A stretch of DNA of 64,000 nt from contig CBDCJH010000002.1 in assembly GCA_965217775.1 (NCBI GenBank), forward strand, positions 640,001 through 704,000, given 5' to 3'. A model generated the notes under the pieces. The model had not been told where the DNA came from. It saw only the letters and a list, made by a program, of their open reading frames with translations, and made no database searches. Each line of letters starts with the position of its first letter. The first letter of the stretch is position 1. This DNA is from Acidobacteriota bacterium (GTDB taxonomy: Bacteria > Acidobacteriota > UBA6911 > RPQK01 > JAJDTT01). The position numbers were made by a program, and so were the translations under genes. Positions 60,625 through 64,000 of this stretch are shown piece by piece.

Positions 60625-60740
60625 ATATTGACATATTGATTTATATATAATCGCATATAAATATATCAAAATATCATGACGTTTAATATTATATGCGTAT
60701 ATAAATTAATGCATAATTAAATACGTTAAATATTAATAGA
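60625..60740. other. Extremely AT-rich intergenic tract
   Basis: 19 G+C in 116 bp (~16%) by manual count, between GC-rich genes. Confidence 0.9.
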
Positions 60741-60788
60741 TCGATAGAGATTCTCTTCCGTTCTCGTATTTCCAGTCACGAATCGTAA

Positions 60789-62813
60789 TTATTTCAAGAG
60801 CTGGATTTCGGCCAATTCGGAGCCTACCAGCCATTCTTCCCGGCCTTCCGCCGTCGCCAGTACGAGACGCCATGGATCCTCCTCTCGCCAGCTTCCTTTC
60901 ACGTTCCGGACCGGCGGCTCCTGACTCTCATTGCCAAGGGAGAATACGGAAACAAAGACCGATCGAGTGGCCCGCCGGTGCCGGATGACGGTGGAGAGCC
61001 GCCGGCTGGCCGGGTTGGAGGGGGAATCGCCCACCAGCAGACATCCAAAGGGACCGGCCAGGTGCAAGTCCAGCCAGCCGTCGGAATGACGCCAGCGCAA
61101 TCGGGTATCCGGGGACTCCGGAGTTTCCCCGTCCAGCCGGACGTGACGGAGCCCGCCTCCTCCGGAAAGCGGTTCGGCGGGACGCAGCACTGAATCTCCG
61201 AGCACCCGTTCGCCTTGAACGTGGCAGACCCAGTAGAGGTCCCGTTCCGAAGGGCAGAGGACCTCGAAGAGGTCGGCGAAATGGGTATCCCGCCAGAGGA
61301 TGATGCGCCGCATCCGGACCCCGGCGTAGGCGCCCTCCTCCCAGGAGGCGGAAGCGTCGACCAGCGTGAATCGTTTTCCGGTGTAGAACCGGTCGAGTCG
61401 TCCTTGGGTCGGAGGCTGCGGCTCGCCGTCCACCAGGACCGTGGCGTGGCTGGCGGTCTGCTGGTACCAGGTGTGGTTGAGATCGATGCCGTACCCGGGC
61501 GTCCCCAGGTCCGGAATGAGAGACGATCCGGAGCTGGCGAGCTGGATCCGCAACTGGTCCCGGTGCCCGTGGACGCCTCCGTGGTGACCCGCCTTCAGGA
61601 GCAGGCAGTGGTGACGTTCGTGGGACCCGCCTCCGCGAAGGACGGCGAGCCCGGCCTCCGGGAGCGGGTGGCTGTCCCGGGCAGGAGGATCGCCGTCGGG
61701 AATCACTGGAACTCCGTCCAGGAGGGATTCGAAGCAGGAGCGGGGGCGGGACCGGTAATTCTGGCGGAGGATCCAGGCGAACGCCGTGTCCCGGAACCAA
61801 GCGTAGGCGGTCTCGTAAAAGCCGTCGGCGTCGGGGATTCCATGGCCTACTTTTGCTTCGAGTCCGATGAAGTGCCAGCAGTCGTTGACGGAAGGCAGCT
61901 TCAGATCGGGAAGGGAGACCAGAATGGGGGCCAGGAACATGCGTCTCAGGACGCCGCCGTCGTCGAAGGACTTGCCCGTGGCTTGGAGGATGCGCAGCGT
62001 CCGGACGATGGCGTCCAGGCTGTAGTAGTGGTAGCTCAGGGAGACTTCCCACCAGAGCCCTTCCTCGGTGACCCCGTGCTCCAACTGGGCTGCCAGACCC
62101 AGATGCCCCTCCAGGGCCTCCTCCAGGAGCTGGTCATCCTCCAGGACCCGGGCCAGCGTGACCAGGGCGGCATTGTTCCAATTGCTGACGTTGTGAATCT
62201 CTCGGCACCGGACCCGGCGGATGTGCCGGGCCGCCGGCCGGAAAAGCCGCCGGACCAGGTTTTCCCGGAGTGCATCCGGCAGCGTCTCCCAGAGCAGGGC
62301 GTACGCCCAACAGAGCCGGACGATCCAGACCGATTCGTCCAGATTCTGCCAGGTGGCGATCCCCGGTTCCTCCTCGTAGACCGTGGGCGCCGGCTTCAGA
62401 TGAAGATACCGCCGGGCGTAGGTCTCCAGGATCCGGGCCGCCTCGGTGGCGTCGGCACGAGCCCGGCCCGTGCCCTTCTCCAGGTGCCATCGAAAGGCGA
62501 ACTTGAGGGCCGCGTCGCTGAGCATGTCGTTGACCGACCAGAGCCAGGCGCTGTCGTAGGGCTCGCCGCTGAAGACGGCGCCGTCCACGGGGCAGACATG
62601 GCGCCGGGGGCTCCGATGGTCGAACCGGAGCTGGGTGGCGTGCTCGGCGCAGAAGAAGTCGTGGTAGTAGCCCGCCTGTTGGTCCGGCACCGGAGGGAGC
62701 GAGTCACGGTAGGCCTCCAACTGATCGTCCAAGGCTTGTCTGGCCGCGGCCAGATTGGGGTGAGACGCTCGAACCCGAAGGTCTCGGCTCCATTCCTGGG
62801 TCAACAGGGTCAC
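60789..62813 (-). CDS. Heparinase II/III-like polysaccharide lyase
   Basis: QNLDES, HNVSNW, EVSLSYHYY, HGHRD, DLGTPGY, HATVLVDG. Confidence 0.85.
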   Translation of the reverse strand: MTLLTQEWSRDLRVRASHPNLAAARQALDDQLEAYRDSLPPVPDQQAGYYHDFFCAEHATQLRFDHRSPRRHVCPVDGAVFSGEPYDSAWLWSVNDMLSDAALKFAFRWHLEKGTGRARADATEAARILETYARRYLHLKPAPTVYEEEPGIATWQNLDESVWIVRLCWAYALLWETLPDALRENLVRRLFRPAARHIRRVRCREIHNVSNWNNAALVTLARVLEDDQLLEEALEGHLGLAAQLEHGVTEEGLWWEVSLSYHYYSLDAIVRTLRILQATGKSFDDGGVLRRMFLAPILVSLPDLKLPSVNDCWHFIGLEAKVGHGIPDADGFYETAYAWFRDTAFAWILRQNYRSRPRSCFESLLDGVPVIPDGDPPARDSHPLPEAGLAVLRGGGSHERHHCLLLKAGHHGGVHGHRDQLRIQLASSGSSLIPDLGTPGYGIDLNHTWYQQTASHATVLVDGEPQPPTQGRLDRFYTGKRFTLVDASASWEEGAYAGVRMRRIILWRDTHFADLFEVLCPSERDLYWVCHVQGERVLGDSVLRPAEPLSGGGGLRHVRLDGETPESPDTRLRWRHSDGWLDLHLAGPFGCLLVGDSPSNPASRRLSTVIRHRRATRSVFVSVFSLGNESQEPPVRNVKGSWREEDPWRLVLATAEGREEWLVGSELAEIQLLK

Positions 62814-63877
62814 GCGCGATACGCCTCCAGGGTCAGCTCCGCGATCCGGTCCCAGTCGAATCGCCGAACGCTCTCCAGAGCGGCGGCCGATGTGGTTTGG
62901 CGGTCCCAGCCTCGAATTTCCTCCATAGCTTTCAGGATTGGATCCTCCTGTTCCGGATCATAAAGCAGACCGGCCCCCGGAGAAACGACGGTCGGAAGGC
63001 AGCCCAGCGCCGGAGCGATGACGGGGCGGGCCCGCGACAGGGCCAGGATGACGCTTCCCGAGGTCATGGTGGCCCGGAAGGGGAGCACTGCCACGTCGCT
63101 GGCCTCCAGGAACAGCAGGAGATCCCGGTTCGTCGCCTGCATGTCTCCGTCCACGATCCGGGAGACGATTCGGGGTCGCCCCGCGATTCGGCGCCGGACC
63201 CGCTCCGGATAACCGCCGGGTCCGCCTCCGGCCAGCAGCAGCCAGGAGTCCTGCGTCGAGAGCCGCTCGAACGCGGAGATCAGCTCCTCGATCCCCTTGT
63301 AGGGCAGGATGCCGCCGATGAAGCCGTACGCGAAGGCGTCTTTCGGGATCTCCAACTCGCGCCGGGCCCCGCTACGCGTGAAGTCCGTCCGGTAGACGTC
63401 GATGAAATGCCCGTGAGGGATGATGAAGACCCGCCGAGTGCGTCCGAAGCGTTCCTTCAACCCTTGGGCGTTGAACGGGCAGTGGGCGATGACGGCGTCG
63501 GCCAGACGGCAGATCTCGAGGCGGAACTCGTGGTCGATGGAACGATGAAGCCGGTTGTGGGGATAGATGTTGTGGGCGGTCCAGACGATCTTGTAGCCCA
63601 GCTCGCGGGCCAGCTCCAACGAGGCCGCCATCTCCCGCATCCGTTCCTCCATGATCCGGCGTTCCGGGTGGAAGTAGTCATGGTGGGGCCAATGGAAATG
63701 AAGCGCCTGGATCCGGCCGCTGTTCCGGCGCAGGTATTCGGGGCTGTAGTCTCGAGTGTACTCCACGTGAACACCGTGGCGCTCCAGGGCCTCGGTGAGC
63801 AGGGCGCCGTAGGGATTGCTCCCTTCATGATCGGGAGGAAGGGGACGGTCCTGATGGTAGTAGAACGCGATACGCAC
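62810..63877 (-). CDS. Glycosyltransferase (GT-B, family 4-like)
   Basis: NPYG, HFHW, WTAHN, IPHG, PYKG, DVAVLPF, TSGS; GTGA overlap with the lyase gene. Confidence 0.88.
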   Translation of the reverse strand: MRIAFYYHQDRPLPPDHEGSNPYGALLTEALERHGVHVEYTRDYSPEYLRRNSGRIQALHFHWPHHDYFHPERRIMEERMREMAASLELARELGYKIVWTAHNIYPHNRLHRSIDHEFRLEICRLADAVIAHCPFNAQGLKERFGRTRRVFIIPHGHFIDVYRTDFTRSGARRELEIPKDAFAYGFIGGILPYKGIEELISAFERLSTQDSWLLLAGGGPGGYPERVRRRIAGRPRIVSRIVDGDMQATNRDLLLFLEASDVAVLPFRATMTSGSVILALSRARPVIAPALGCLPTVVSPGAGLLYDPEQEDPILKAMEEIRGWDRQTTSAAALESVRRFDWDRIAELTLEAYRA

Positions 63878-63906
63878 GTCCGGGGAGCGCTCCTGGTCCG
63901 GGGATG

Positions 63907-63999
63907 TCAGCCGAAGGTGGTCGGATCCGAGATCCGGTCCAGCCGGTCCCGCAGTTCCGGGCTCAGGCCCGCGGCCAGGCTGTCGAAGGCCTGGTCGAT
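63907..63999 (-). CDS. 3' end of a gene running off the right edge, possibly aldo/keto reductase
   Basis: IDQAFDSLAAGLSPELRDRLDRISDPTTFG*. Confidence 0.4.
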   Translation of the reverse strand: MDQAFDSLAAGLSPELRDRLDRISDPTTFG

Positions 64000-64000
64000 A

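Noticed and set aside
60706-60731. dif site
   Set aside because: GCATAA and ATACGTTAAAT are 4 bp apart rather than 6; the resemblance may be due to AT richness.
1-64000. tRNA, rRNA, integrase or transposase genes
   Set aside because: No recognisable motifs seen by eye; not excluded without tRNAscan/Infernal.

Overview
GC-rich bacterial chromosomal window. The gene content (PVC-type heme dehydrogenase, Tat-exported Gfo/Idh/MocA enzymes, glycosidase-like proteins, secreted Cache proteins) suggests an Acidobacteriota-like, possibly host-associated, organism; this is inference only. Housekeeping genes are ychF, leuA/C/D, bcp, a fused selD and proBA, interleaved with catabolic clusters. Accessory pieces: an RHH-PIN toxin-antitoxin pair, a Fic gene between two copies of a maoC'-citE segment, an SRAP gene, a YhaO/YhaN (Mre11/Rad50-like) pair, tandem secreted Cache-domain genes (one decayed) and a group II PLP decarboxylase. 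Main non-coding signals: (i) three 158-bp MITE copies with 4-bp target duplications, folding into a long hairpin whose checked stem mismatches are G-U on one strand; (ii) GTAG- and GGAG-type REPs; (iii) a switch-like leader before a HupE/UreJ gene; (iv) a ~116-bp, ~16% GC periodic AT tract. The TonB receptor gene has an in-frame TAA. I saw no rRNA, tRNA or CRISPR array. All calls come from reading the sequence; no database search was run.
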